Of a stretch of DNA of 64,000 nucleotides, positions 52,130 through 64,000 are shown piece by piece. This DNA comes from Octopus vulgaris. Taxonomy: Eukaryota. Made by a program: the position numbers and the translations under genes. The DNA is taken from positions 38,440,001-38,504,000 of the forward strand of contig OX597834.1 of the NCBI GenBank assembly GCA_951406725.2. The letters are read 5' to 3'. The notes beneath the pieces are model-generated. The model was not told the origin of the DNA. It did no database searches and saw only the letters and a list, made by a program, of their open reading frames with translations. Within the stretch, counting starts at the first letter, position 1. Each line of letters begins with the position of its first letter.

Positions 52130-52330
52130 CGCGATGAGCTGGTAGAATCGTTAGCGTTGCGGCATTTCGTCCGTCTCTTCATGTTCTGGGCTCAAATTAT
52201 GCTGTGGTTGACTTTGCCTCTCGTCCTTTCGAGGTCGATAAAGTAAATACCAGCTGAACACTGGGATTGATGTAATCTGCTTATCCCATCCCACGAAATT
52301 TGCTGGCCTTGTGCCGAAATTTGAAATCAC
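52130..52330 (+). mobile_element. SINE family B
   Basis: gatgagctggtagaatcgttagc..gctggccttgtgccgaaatttgaaa. Confidence 0.82.
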
Positions 52331-52687
52331 TATTTTCTACGCTGACTAAAGACTGATGTTTTTACGGAGAGTAAAACAAAACGACATTGAGGATTCTTAA
52401 ATATAATTACTATTATCTTTGTGGTTGTTGTTGTTGTTGTCGACAGTAACAAAAAGGATATAAAAAGCTGTTGTGGATGTAAGGATTAACTCTTCACTTT
52501 TTGAAATATTATCTCAGAGGATTGTCAATGGAAGTCCTGAAATCTAATTGCTTGGATTGATTATAATAAAAGCATTTGATAATATTCCACGCAAGCCCAA
52601 TAATGCAACCCTTTGAAATAAAACAGAATAGTTTCAATAGTTAATTTTTTTAAAGCCCCCTCTTTATCCCATTCTCAAAATTTCTGT

Positions 52688-52720
<33 letters not shown>

Positions 52721-53404
52721 ACTCACTCACTCCCTCTCTCTCTCTCACTCTCTCTCCCTTTCTTAATGCACGCACCTAAGAAAACATACAAATACACACT
52801 CCTCTTCTCTCTCTCCCTCCATTCCTCTCTCTCTCTTTCTCTCCCCCTCTCTCTCTGTCTCTCTCTCCCTCTCTCGCTTTCATTCTCTCTCAAAAAATGT
52901 TTGTAATTAGTTATTAAATCTTCCACTGGAATTTTAATAACTACTAAAATCAGTATAAACCGAATTATCTTCTAACGAGTTTCTCTTTCCATATAATTGT
53001 TGTTTCATTGTTCTTCCTCTCTTGCTCTAAATAGATGAAGAATTATGACCGAATATTTTATCACTTCCCTCCATCGAACCATTAATTCAAAGGAACGAGA
53101 GAGAGAGCTCTTTGAAATGACACTGACCTTGACAATATAGTTGCGAGTTTCGTCCAGATAAATGTCTTAAAACTTCTGCCAAAAGTATGCACCATTAGTA
53201 AATTTCACAAATGTCCTTGGTTTGGCAGTAAAAAAAAAAGAAAAGAAAGAAAGAAAAGTTAATGAAGTATTGAGCTAATTCCCTTCTGCAGCGACCACCG
53301 GGTCGTGAATCAGTACCAACCCGTGGATTTTATTTGGTAGCGGGCCGCACTGAAAGAATAATTATTAAAATTATATTTTTATATATGTTGCTGTGTAATA
53401 ATAG

Positions 53405-53660
53405 CAGATCAACGGAACAGGAATATTCCACTGACATGCGCACTCTTAACAAAGTTCTCTGGTAGATTCAGCGGGTCACAGAATGTGACATGGCTGGCCC
53501 TTTCAGCTACAGGTACAACTCATTTTCACCAGCTGAGTGGACTGGAACAACTTGAAATAAAGTGTCATGCTCAAGGGACACAAAGCGCCGCCGGGAATCG
53601 AACACACGATTGTAAGATCGCGAACCGAATGTTCCTAACCACTAAGCCACGCGCCTTCAC
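53405..53660 (-). mobile_element. SINE family C
   Basis: Homologous to 33898-34212. Confidence 0.87.
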
Positions 53661-53736
53661 TAATTATAGTAGGAATAAAGTGCATTATACACAATGTAAT
53701 AATTACACTTCATTTGCATTATCTATAAATAATTAA

Positions 53737-54202
53737 GTCGGTGAGCTGGCAGAATTATTAGCATGCCGGACAAAATGCTTAGCGGCATTCCATCTGTTCC
53801 ATCGCCAAGGCGGTGAGCTGGCAGAATCGTTAGCACGTCGGGCGAAATGCGTGGCCGTATTTCGTCTGCCGCTACGTCCTGAGTTCAAATTTCGCCGAGG
53901 TCGACTTTGCCTTTCATCCTTTCGGGGTCGATAAATTAAGTACCAGTTACGCGCTGGGGTCAATGTAATCAACTAAACCCCTTTGTCTGTCCTTGTTTGT
54001 CCTCTCTGTGTTTAGCTCCTTGTGGGTAGTAAAGAAATAGGCATTCCATCTGTTTTTTTTATGTTCTGAGTTCAAATTCCGCCGAAGTCGGCTTTGCTTT
54101 TCACTCCTTCCGGGCTCGATGAAATAACTACCAGTTGAGAGTACAGTGATCTATGTTATCGACTAACCCTTACTCCCAAATTTCAGGCCTTGTGCCTATA
54201 GG
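53737..54202 (+). mobile_element. SINE B containing a nested younger SINE B (53799-54039)
   Basis: 15-bp TSD ggcattccatctgtt at 53784-53798 and 54040-54054. Confidence 0.92.
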
Positions 54203-54339
54203 GGTTATCTAAGTAATAATTAGCTCTCTGAAACAGCTGGCCTTGTGCCAAAATTTGAAACCAATATTGCCAAACTGCACCACTTTATATCACTACCAAT
54301 ATCGTACACTAATACATCCTATGATTCACACACACACAC

Positions 54340-54414
<75 letters not shown>

Positions 54415-54847
54415 CCTCTCTCTAAAAGCGGACCCTATTAAAAAAGAAAAGGATAACACAGCAGAAAAAGATATCAAAACTCATGGAGCGAATTGAACTC
54501 AGCTTTGCTTACAAACAGAATATTCGTTAGTTTACAGACCGCTATTCATTGTTAATTATACATGCTAGAAATAGTAACCAAATCATAAATTAATATAATT
54601 TTTAGTCGGCTAGTAAGCCAACACATTCACTGACATTCTTGAGTGAAAGTCAGTATGGCGAGCCAGTGAGATGGGGGTGGGATCTGTGTGGGTGGCTCGA
54701 ATGGATCCTAAGATTCCAGGGGAGCGAGACGAACCAACACTGCTCCCTTTTGATCAAGCCAAGAAACAGAAATATCTAACGTCAGTGTGTGTATGTGAGT
54801 GCGTATACCTGTGTGCGTGTGTATGTGTGTATGTATGTATGTATGTA

Positions 54848-54973
54848 CGAAAGCACGTGGTTAAATGATTAGGGTATTCAGCTCACGATCGTAAGTTCGT
54901 GAGTTCGATACCTAGCGGCTCCAGGTGTCCTGGGGCAAGACACTTTATTCCACGTTGCTCCAGTCCACTCCAC
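54848..54973 (+). mobile_element. SINE family C head
   Basis: gcacgtggttaaatgattagggtattcagctcacgatcg..gagttcgatacc..caagacactttattccacgttgctccagtccactc. Confidence 0.8.
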
Positions 54974-54974
54974 T

Positions 54975-55398
54975 GCATGCATACACAAACACACATACAC
55001 ACACACATACACACACACATACATACATACATACATACATACATACACACATACATACATACATACATACATACACAAACACACGCATACACATACACAC
55101 ACATACATACATACATGCATACATACATACACACACACATACATACATACATACATACATACACACACACATACATACATACATACACACACATACATAC
55201 ATACATACATACATACACACATACATACATACATACATACATACATACACAAACACACGCATACACATACACACACATGCATACATACACACATACATAC
55301 ATACATGCATACATACATACACACACACATACATACATACACAAACACACATACACATACACACATACATACATACATACATACACACATACATACAT

Positions 55399-55429
<31 letters not shown>

Positions 55430-55518
55430 TACATACATACACACACACATACATACATACATACATACATACATACATACATACATACATACATACATAC
55501 ATACATACATACATACAT
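54975..55518. repeat. (TACA)n/(CA)n microsatellite
   Basis: Directly visible. Confidence 0.95.
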
Positions 55519-56029
55519 AACAAACGTACGTGTAGAACCTCATACGCACACACAACTCTCCACCCCACCGCTCTTCCCAACCACCTCCATCACGCGCGCG
55601 CGTGCAGCAACCTAAATTCACAATCTGTTTATGCAATGAATAAATACCAAGTAATGAAATATGGGTCACATGTTACGACATTCATTGTAAATGTGGGTCA
55701 CATGTTATGATCTTCATTGTAAAGGAGCCTGGATATTTTTAGTAGTTTCATGTCTATTTTTATTTTCAATAGGACTAACCTTCAACATACTTTCATAACA
55801 CATTATCTGCTGGGGCTGTGTGAAAAAAGGGGGGAAAAGCAACAACTCACGTGTAATATGTAATACTTGTACGGCTTTGCAGTCTATATTACATGTTAGA
55901 ATAGTAACCAAATCTTAAATCTATAAATTAAAAAAAGAATTGTACTACAGATAATGTATTTCTAAGATATGAAATAGATAGGCATCTCAGGTCAACTGGG
56001 ATTAAACAACAATAACTAGATTTACTATA

Positions 56030-56293
56030 TCTTTATATATAAAAGTGAAGTTGTGTGTCTGTCTCCTACGATTTAGATTCTTAACTACTCCCACATTTTG
56101 CGGTGCAGTTTAACCAAAACCGGGTATCTTATAGTCGTGATTCATATCGAGCCCTTCTGGGTATTAGCATGAGTCTACGATTTAAAAAAAAATTTTACCA
56201 TAATTTTTTTGCATTTTAATGCATTTTTTTCGCTATTATATAAAGGGAAGTAACTCTCTAAAAATGTCTACGATGAGTCGACGATACTGCTAG
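56030..56293 (+). mobile_element. Non-autonomous Helitron, internally deleted
   Basis: TC..cgatactgCTAG; matches the 9464 family but lacks the 3' hairpin. Confidence 0.85.
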
Positions 56294-56337
56294 TAGTAGA
56301 TAAAATACATATATATTACGCTATTTTGGCATACAAA

Positions 56338-56489
56338 GGCACAAGAGAGGCTGTGTGGTAAGAAGCTTCATGTGGTTCCGGGTTCAGTCCAACTGCGCGG
56401 CACCTTGGGCAAATTTCTTGTACTATAGCTTCGGGTCAATCAAAGCCTTGTGAGTGGATTTGGTAGACGGAAACTGAAAGAAGCCCGTC

Positions 56490-56527
<38 letters not shown>

Positions 56528-56731
56528 ATTTGTGTGACTGTTTTTGTCCTCCTCACCACCATCGCTTGACAACCGATGTTGGTGAGCTTACGTTTCCGTA
56601 ACTTAGTGGTTCGACTAGATACATCGATAGAATAAGTACTAGACTTACAAAGAATAAGTCCTGGGGGTCGATTTGTTCGACTAAAGGAAGTGCTCCAGCA
56701 TGGCCGCAGTCAAATGACTGAAACAAGTAAA
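56338..56731 (+). mobile_element. SINE family A
   Basis: Full head, body and tail. Confidence 0.9.
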
Positions 56732-57032
56732 ATAATAAACGAACAAAAGAAAACTAAATATTCTGTATGTACAAGACAACAACGACCCCGCTAGAAAATG
56801 GCAGACAAACACTCTTGCCGTGTCGTCTTTATAAAGGAAGTATACATTAGGTGAAGTACTCATCAAATACATTATATATGAAATTAAGACGAGTGGTCAC
56901 GGTTGGAATACCGTTTAGCATAGGTGTGGATCATATATACGTACACACACACAATATATATATATATTTACATATATATATATGCGTATATATATGTATA
57001 TTTATATGTATATATATATGTGTGTATATATG

Positions 57033-57087
<55 letters not shown>

Positions 57088-57093
<6 letters not shown>

Positions 57094-57309
57094 AAATACA
57101 AAATGTGACAAGAACGCAAAACATCCGGACAACTAGGTGATATAAAAAAGGACAACCAAACATCCAGATAGACGAAACAAAAAAACAAGGACAGGTCATT
57201 CAAAGCCTTTTATCTTCAGTCAAGAACCGGATCATCCTCGCAATTTCGGCTGATTAATCTTGAGATTGCTCCAATCTGGCCAGCCCCAAGGAAAAACTAA
57301 GCTAAGAAC
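57088..57309 (-). mobile_element. (TA)n-embedded element, family H5
   Basis: Reverse complement highly similar to 60072-60245. Confidence 0.82.
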
Positions 57310-57528
57310 ATATATATATATATATGTAGTTCTGAAGGGAATCATTTCTATGTATCTAAATGCTTTCCGAAATAAGCATACGCTTCAGTTTAACAGCTAC
57401 GAGGAATCTATAAAATGTTGCACAAGCACTCAGCTCTGAGTGTACTGCTTCACTTAACAAAAACATCTGTAATCTAAAGTAACTCATGTTTTCTTCTCAT
57501 TTAACAATTAATATTCTTCTTTGCCAAA

Positions 57529-57722
57529 GGCGGCGAGCTGGCAGAATTGTCAGCACTCGGGGCAAAAGTGCTCAATAGCATTTCGCCCGTCTTTACGTTC
57601 TGAGTTCAAAATCCGCCGAGGTAGACTATTCCTTTCATCCTTTTGGCATCGATGACTAATGTAAATCGATTTACCCACTCTTCTAAAATTGCTGGCCTTG
57701 TGCTAAAATTTCATACCAATAT
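57529..57722 (+). mobile_element. SINE family B
   Basis: ggcggcgagctggcagaattg..ctttcatcctttt. Confidence 0.83.
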
Positions 57723-57819
57723 TATCTTTGTCCTCACTTAACAAGTCATTCTGAATCATATATATATACGTATGCTGAGTTCTAACAACTAGTTATTAGT
57801 ATCGCTGTCTACGCGAAAT

Positions 57820-57924
<105 letters not shown>

Positions 57925-58608
57925 GTGCTTGTGTGTGTATATAATTGTACATATATATATATATATTGATACTTATATAGAGAGTGAGATAGATACATAT
58001 ATATGTGTGTATGTATATATTCCACAAGCTGCTTGTCTCTCTCCCCCTCTCTCTCTCTCTCTCCCTCTCCCTCCTTCTCTTTTTATATCTTCAGTATCAT
58101 CCTCTACTTTTCTAAATACCTGACCCTATATATCTCTCTTAAAACCGATCTCTCTCTTCCCTTGCTTTCCTTTCTGTCCCTTTGTTCTTGTACGCCATCA
58201 TCACTTTACACAAAATACGCCATATTGATTCCACAAGCAGATAGCTCTTAGTGACATAATCGGTTCCATCTTGCTTCAAACTAAGCACATACACACTCAG
58301 ACAGACACTTCACTTATACACACACACACGTGTGTGTGTGTGTGTGTGTGTGTGTGAACGATTGACAGAAAGAAAATGTACATGTGTCTACTAGTTAAAC
58401 GGTACAGTTGATATATCTGGTGCGTTTGAATGTCACCTTTACTGAACGAATAGCTATGCACACACTCACACACACACACACACGCACACGCACGCACACA
58501 CATATTCATAAATTCATACATACACATTACCACACATTGAGGAATATATATGTGCATGTGCGCGTGTGTGTACGTATGAGTGTGCATGTATGTATGTATG
58601 TATGTATG

Positions 58609-58678
<70 letters not shown>

Positions 58679-59364
58679 TGTGTATATTTATATTTGTGTG
58701 TATATTATATGTGTATAAGTGTGTCTCCACAAATCGAGAGAGAGAGAGAGAGAGAGAGAGTGACTGAGAGACAAAAGATAGGTTGATATGAGTATGTGCG
58801 TACAGCGAGGTGCATCTACGACTGTGTCTGTATGTCGGTACGAGTGTGTGTATGTCTGTACAAGTGAGAGCATTTTTACGACTGGTAAAGATAGGCTAGC
58901 TGAAGTGTTAGTGCGTCTTAAAGTTCATGGAAAGTATTTTGACACCTGTTTGTAATCTAAATATATTAATTAAATTAATAATATGAAGTGTTGCTAATTG
59001 CTAGACTCGAAACTGTGAATAAGACGTCATCAAAGCTTTACTTCAATTGAATGCCACACACTCTCTTTACAATAAAGTTATCTATGAACTATTAGCATGG
59101 CTGACACTAGATTCCACTTCAAGTTCTTCTTGATGTTCTCCAATAATTGTCTGCGATTCAGCTTCCTCATAGTTTCTGTCAACCAAATTTCATTCCCAAG
59201 TGTTTCATCAACGAGTCTGTGTGAGAAAGCTCATGCTCGAAGTTCAACGTACTGAGATCAAATCCAAAACCACTTCGTTGGTAAACCATCGTCTTGACCA
59301 CACAGCTACTATTGCATCCAAAATAGATAAGAACACGTTCACTTATACGAGTGCCGGATGTAAA

Positions 59365-59820
59365 GCCCTTTGTAACTGGCTCAGAAAGTTGGCATTGTAC
59401 TCTTCTTTGATGGTGTGACCCTTTTGAAAATAATCAATAAGCACAATGCCCTTTGCATTCCAAAACCCTGAGTCTCTCACCTTCCCGTAAGATGAAACTA
59501 CCCAAGCCTTCTTTGGAGCAAGTGAGGAAGGGTGCTTCAACTGGATGTGTTGTCTCTTTGTGTTTGACACAAAGTAATGAATCCATCCAGGGTTAGGAAA
59601 CGTTCAAAGAAACCAGCTGGATGTACCTCTAACAATTTTCATGAAATGTAATCAGCATGGTATTCTATTGATCAGGTGTCATAAGATGTGGCACAATCCG
59701 AGTTCATTGTGCAGAATATGTGGCATCCACCGAGTTCATTGTGCAGAATGTTCCCAACTCTCTCGCGAACTATGCTAACAGCATTGGCTATTTGGTTTAT
59801 AGTCAATTGCCTGTCATCCA
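59365..59820 (-). mobile_element. mariner transposase fragment (pseudogene)
   Basis: MDDRQLTINQIANAVSI.RERV.NILHNELG and TKRQ..Q.KHPSS.APKK..FWNAKGIVLIDYFQKGHTI.EEY.ANFL. Confidence 0.9.
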
Positions 59821-59878
59821 TATATATATATCCGTGTCTATATGTATATGTATACATATACAAATATATATGTGTATA

Positions 59879-59920
<42 letters not shown>

Positions 59921-60071
59921 AATATTAGGGAATAAATCCAAACTTACAGGGAAAAATCAGATTTAGGATTGAATCCAATTTTATAGTAAAATATTATATT
60001 ATATTAAATTAGAGACAAAACCACTTTTTTTGTCTCTAATTTAATATAATATATATATATATATATATATA

Positions 60072-60244
60072 GCTTAGTTTTTCCTTGGGGTTGGCCGGAT
60101 CGGAGCGATCTCAAGATTAATCAGCCGAAATTGCGAGGATGATCCGGTTCTTGACTGAAGATTGAAGGCTTCGAATGTCCCGTCCGTGTTTTTTGTATCG
60201 TCTTCTAAATGTTTTACGTTCTTGTCCCACTTTGTATTTTTTAC

Positions 60245-60245
<1 letters not shown>
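60072..60245 (+). mobile_element. (TA)n-embedded element, family H5
   Basis: Matches 57088-57309 and 5450-5536. Confidence 0.82.
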
Positions 60246-60285
<40 letters not shown>

Positions 60286-61369
60286 AACATATATATGTAC
60301 ACATGTATGTATGTGTGTGAGGGCGAACCAATTAATGATATTTTAAAAGCATTTAATATGTACATTTTTAGATAATTGCGCAACAGATGAAAAATGGATC
60401 TCTAAATAAAGCCGTTCCAGCCGTGACCATTCTATCTTTTCCATGTGCACAACGTATCTAGAACTGTATTAGGCAATCTGTCCTCCCTTTTTGAGACAAC
60501 AGTGGATAAACTAAGAGAAATTCATTTATTATTTTTAGCAGGTTGAATGACCATATAAAAGCTCTCTAGTTGGCAGTATTAATATAGTTTAATATGTTTT
60601 TGCTAATAACGTATCGCATCATATAGTATAACATATCTAAATGTATATTTTCGTATTTCGACGTTAAGTAATAATATTACAATTAACACTTTCTTCAACA
60701 TATTAACGGTTACTGAAACATCGTATGTATCATATTTGCTAGCAGCACCTGGGGAAATTCTACATTTATTTTGAAAACTGTATGATGGATGAGAATTTAA
60801 TGAGAACCACGAAATAAATCATTTCTTTTGAAATTGTGGGTTTTTTTTTTTTTTGTTTTTTGTCTTTTTCATCTGAAACAAACGATATACAAGTTCACAC
60901 AGGTTGTAATTGAAGGCACAGTCGGAGGAGAGAACATATCCGAAAGCTTTATCCTTTATTAAACACTTGTCGTTCTTCTACCATAAGAGGTGTTATCTAT
61001 TATTTTTCACTTTACCTCAAGAAACCAACAATCTTATCTATGAAACGAAACAGAAGACAATCGTTCTTTAGTATTACTCTGCTTATATCCAACCAGTCAG
61101 TAAAGCTTCTTCAAGTTTTATTTCGCAACAACCTGAGAGTCTTATTTTCTTTCATGAAACAAATATTTCAACGTTATAATTATTTATATTTCATTAAATT
61201 CAGTCTGACATGAAGCCTCATATCTCAAAAAATGGCCAGACTTGAAACCCATAATCAAAGTGAACGAAATATAGAAGTTGCTCCAATGAGCTTTGAATTC
61301 TAAGGAAACAACTTTCCAGTAACATAGGCGCTGACATAACACTATGGTAAAATGTTGTGGTAGGAAGCC

Positions 61370-61490
61370 ATGTCGAGGTCGACTTTTGGGGTCGATAAAA
61401 TTAGTACCAGTTGTGTACTGGGGTTGATGTAATCGATTCAACCCCTCGCCTCAAATTTCAGGCCTTGTGCTTATAGTAAAAAGGGTTATT
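61370..61490 (+). mobile_element. SINE family B 3' fragment
   Basis: gaggtcgacttttggggtcgataaaattagtaccag..tttcaggccttgtgc. Confidence 0.72.
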
Positions 61491-61845
61491 AGAGCACTGT
61501 ATACAGATAAGGGAACAGAATAATAATGTAGAAAAACATATATAAATAGTTTGATTTGGCAGCCGATAATTAATTGCGCTAAAGCAAATGAGCGCAAAAC
61601 TGACGATGAAAAAAAACTAGTTCACTAATAAAATACTACACTTTTCGTCGTCTCCATCTTCATTAACCGATGACACCACTCTGACAGCTACTACAGTTCT
61701 CAGTCTTTTACATATGTGTATATGTGGTTATATGTCTGTAGCATTCCTTTTTCTTCTACTCTCACCGCTACTACATTCCTCGATAAATACTCATCTCTGT
61801 GAGTTAGTTTCTTTCTTTCTCCTCCACCCCTCTCTCTCTCTCTCA

Positions 61846-61889
<44 letters not shown>

Positions 61890-62477
61890 CTTTGCATCTC
61901 TTTTCAACTAACCATTTCACAGCGAAACGTACGTACACAAGCACAATAATATTATAGATAGATACTGAGTTACAGAATATATTTTTAACGCGTTTGCTAA
62001 ATTTTATAGCTCTGTACAAGAAAATCAAAAAGAAAAACAAAATGGTGGTTATATCAGCGTATGTATATGTCAATAATGGTAATACATATATATATATTCT
62101 TTTACTTTAGAACGAAGAAGAGAAAAACGAGAAAATGTTTTCTTACATACAAGGTAAAGATAAGAAAAATTAGAAAGCTAAAAATTTTTCTGACCTTTGC
62201 TGATAGTATTTTTATATTTATAAGTTGGTTTTCTTTTTCTGTTTATTCCCAGTGAGTTCTATGTAACCGATTAGAATTAAATGCAAGTTCTTTCAAGTCT
62301 TCGGGGTTATGGCTTGGAAAATGGACAACAGTCACGTAATAGTGGCAGATTTGTTGTTATTATATAAGTGAATTCGTAAAGAATGGTTGTGAAAGTGGAC
62401 TCTGCGTTATTTGTATTGTATTTTATTTTGCCCCAAAATAGGTAGATAGATACAGATAAAGACAGAAAGATAGATAG

Positions 62478-62534
<57 letters not shown>

Positions 62535-62590
62535 GTCTATCCGTCTAGTTAGACTATTTGTTAAATTGTCTGTATGGGCCTCTATTTGAC

Positions 62591-62647
<57 letters not shown>

Positions 62648-62688
62648 TATATATGTGTGTGTATGCCTGTATGCGTATATATATGTGT

Positions 62689-62754
<66 letters not shown>

Positions 62755-62959
62755 ATACACACAAACACACACACACACACAAAGACATGAACGTTATGCC
62801 AGAAGTTATGCAAAAGTGGGAATACCTCTTTTGGGAACAACTGAATAGGCTACTAGTGAACTTCTTCACGTTGGTCGAGTAACTCCTGCTGGTAAAAAGC
62901 TGCTTACATACGATTTATGCCGTCGTTGAATCCAACTTTCGAATTCGCTTTTGAAAAGA

Positions 62960-63090
62960 GCGTGCACTATTGTATCCACTTCTTCATATCCACTTCCACC
63001 TTGTTTGTATTAGCAAGTCATTGTCCCTGAAGACTGTCTTTCATTGGCTCGAACACATGGAAATCGGAGGGCGCCAGATCCGAACTGTAC
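62960..63090 (-). mobile_element. mariner transposase C-terminal fragment
   Basis: Minus YSSDLAPSDFHVFEPMKDSLQG matches the YSPDLAPSD motif. Confidence 0.8.
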
Positions 63091-63106
63091 TATACATATA
63101 TATATA

Positions 63107-63705
<599 letters not shown>

Positions 63706-64000
63706 AAGTATATATTTTTTAAACAAGAATATTATTGGTAGTGAGTTCGAAGTTACGGCCAGCAATTCGAATAATAAATTTGTACTCTCCAAAAAGTGAG
63801 AATATGTAAGGCTGTATAGTTATGCCGGCATGTTTATATATGTGCATACAGGAGTAATTGCCTGTGCATACATGTATGCATAACGTGCATCAGTGTGTAT
63901 ATGCGTTTGCTTGTGCATGTTTGAGTTTGTGTGAGCCTGTTCATGCATGCATGTATGTGCGCATGTGTTTGTTTGCATGCGTTGTGTGCATGCGTTTGTC

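Noticed and set aside
58315-58355. (CA)n-(TG)n palindrome with a CACGTG E-box (similar cases elsewhere)
   Set aside because: Arises automatically at junctions of opposite-strand dinucleotide tracts

Overview
AT-rich, microsatellite-saturated eukaryotic non-coding DNA. The SINE families and repeat texture suggest a cephalopod, probably Octopus; this is inference from pattern recognition, not a search. I found no host protein-coding exon, and almost all listed ORFs are microsatellite read-throughs. Supported content: four tRNA-derived SINE families (about 30 copies, some nested), decayed R4/Dong-type and RTE-type LINE fragments, a Penelope-like GIY-YIG fragment, mariner and pogo/Tigger pieces, hAT-type MITEs and non-autonomous Helitrons. 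Two signals stand out. (1) About nine minimal type-I hammerhead ribozyme motifs sit in several short non-coding elements. Many of these elements lie in (TA)n tracts and carry fold-back inversions, including a 198-bp near-perfect palindrome with a hammerhead in each arm. One hammerhead lies directly behind a Penelope endonuclease and a tRNA-like Pol III cassette, suggesting a Penelope-driven retrozyme-like system. (2) A duplicated 43-bp block, conserved amid diverged flanks, contains two ROR/Rev-erb-type response elements. Repeat boundaries are approximate to roughly 10 bp.
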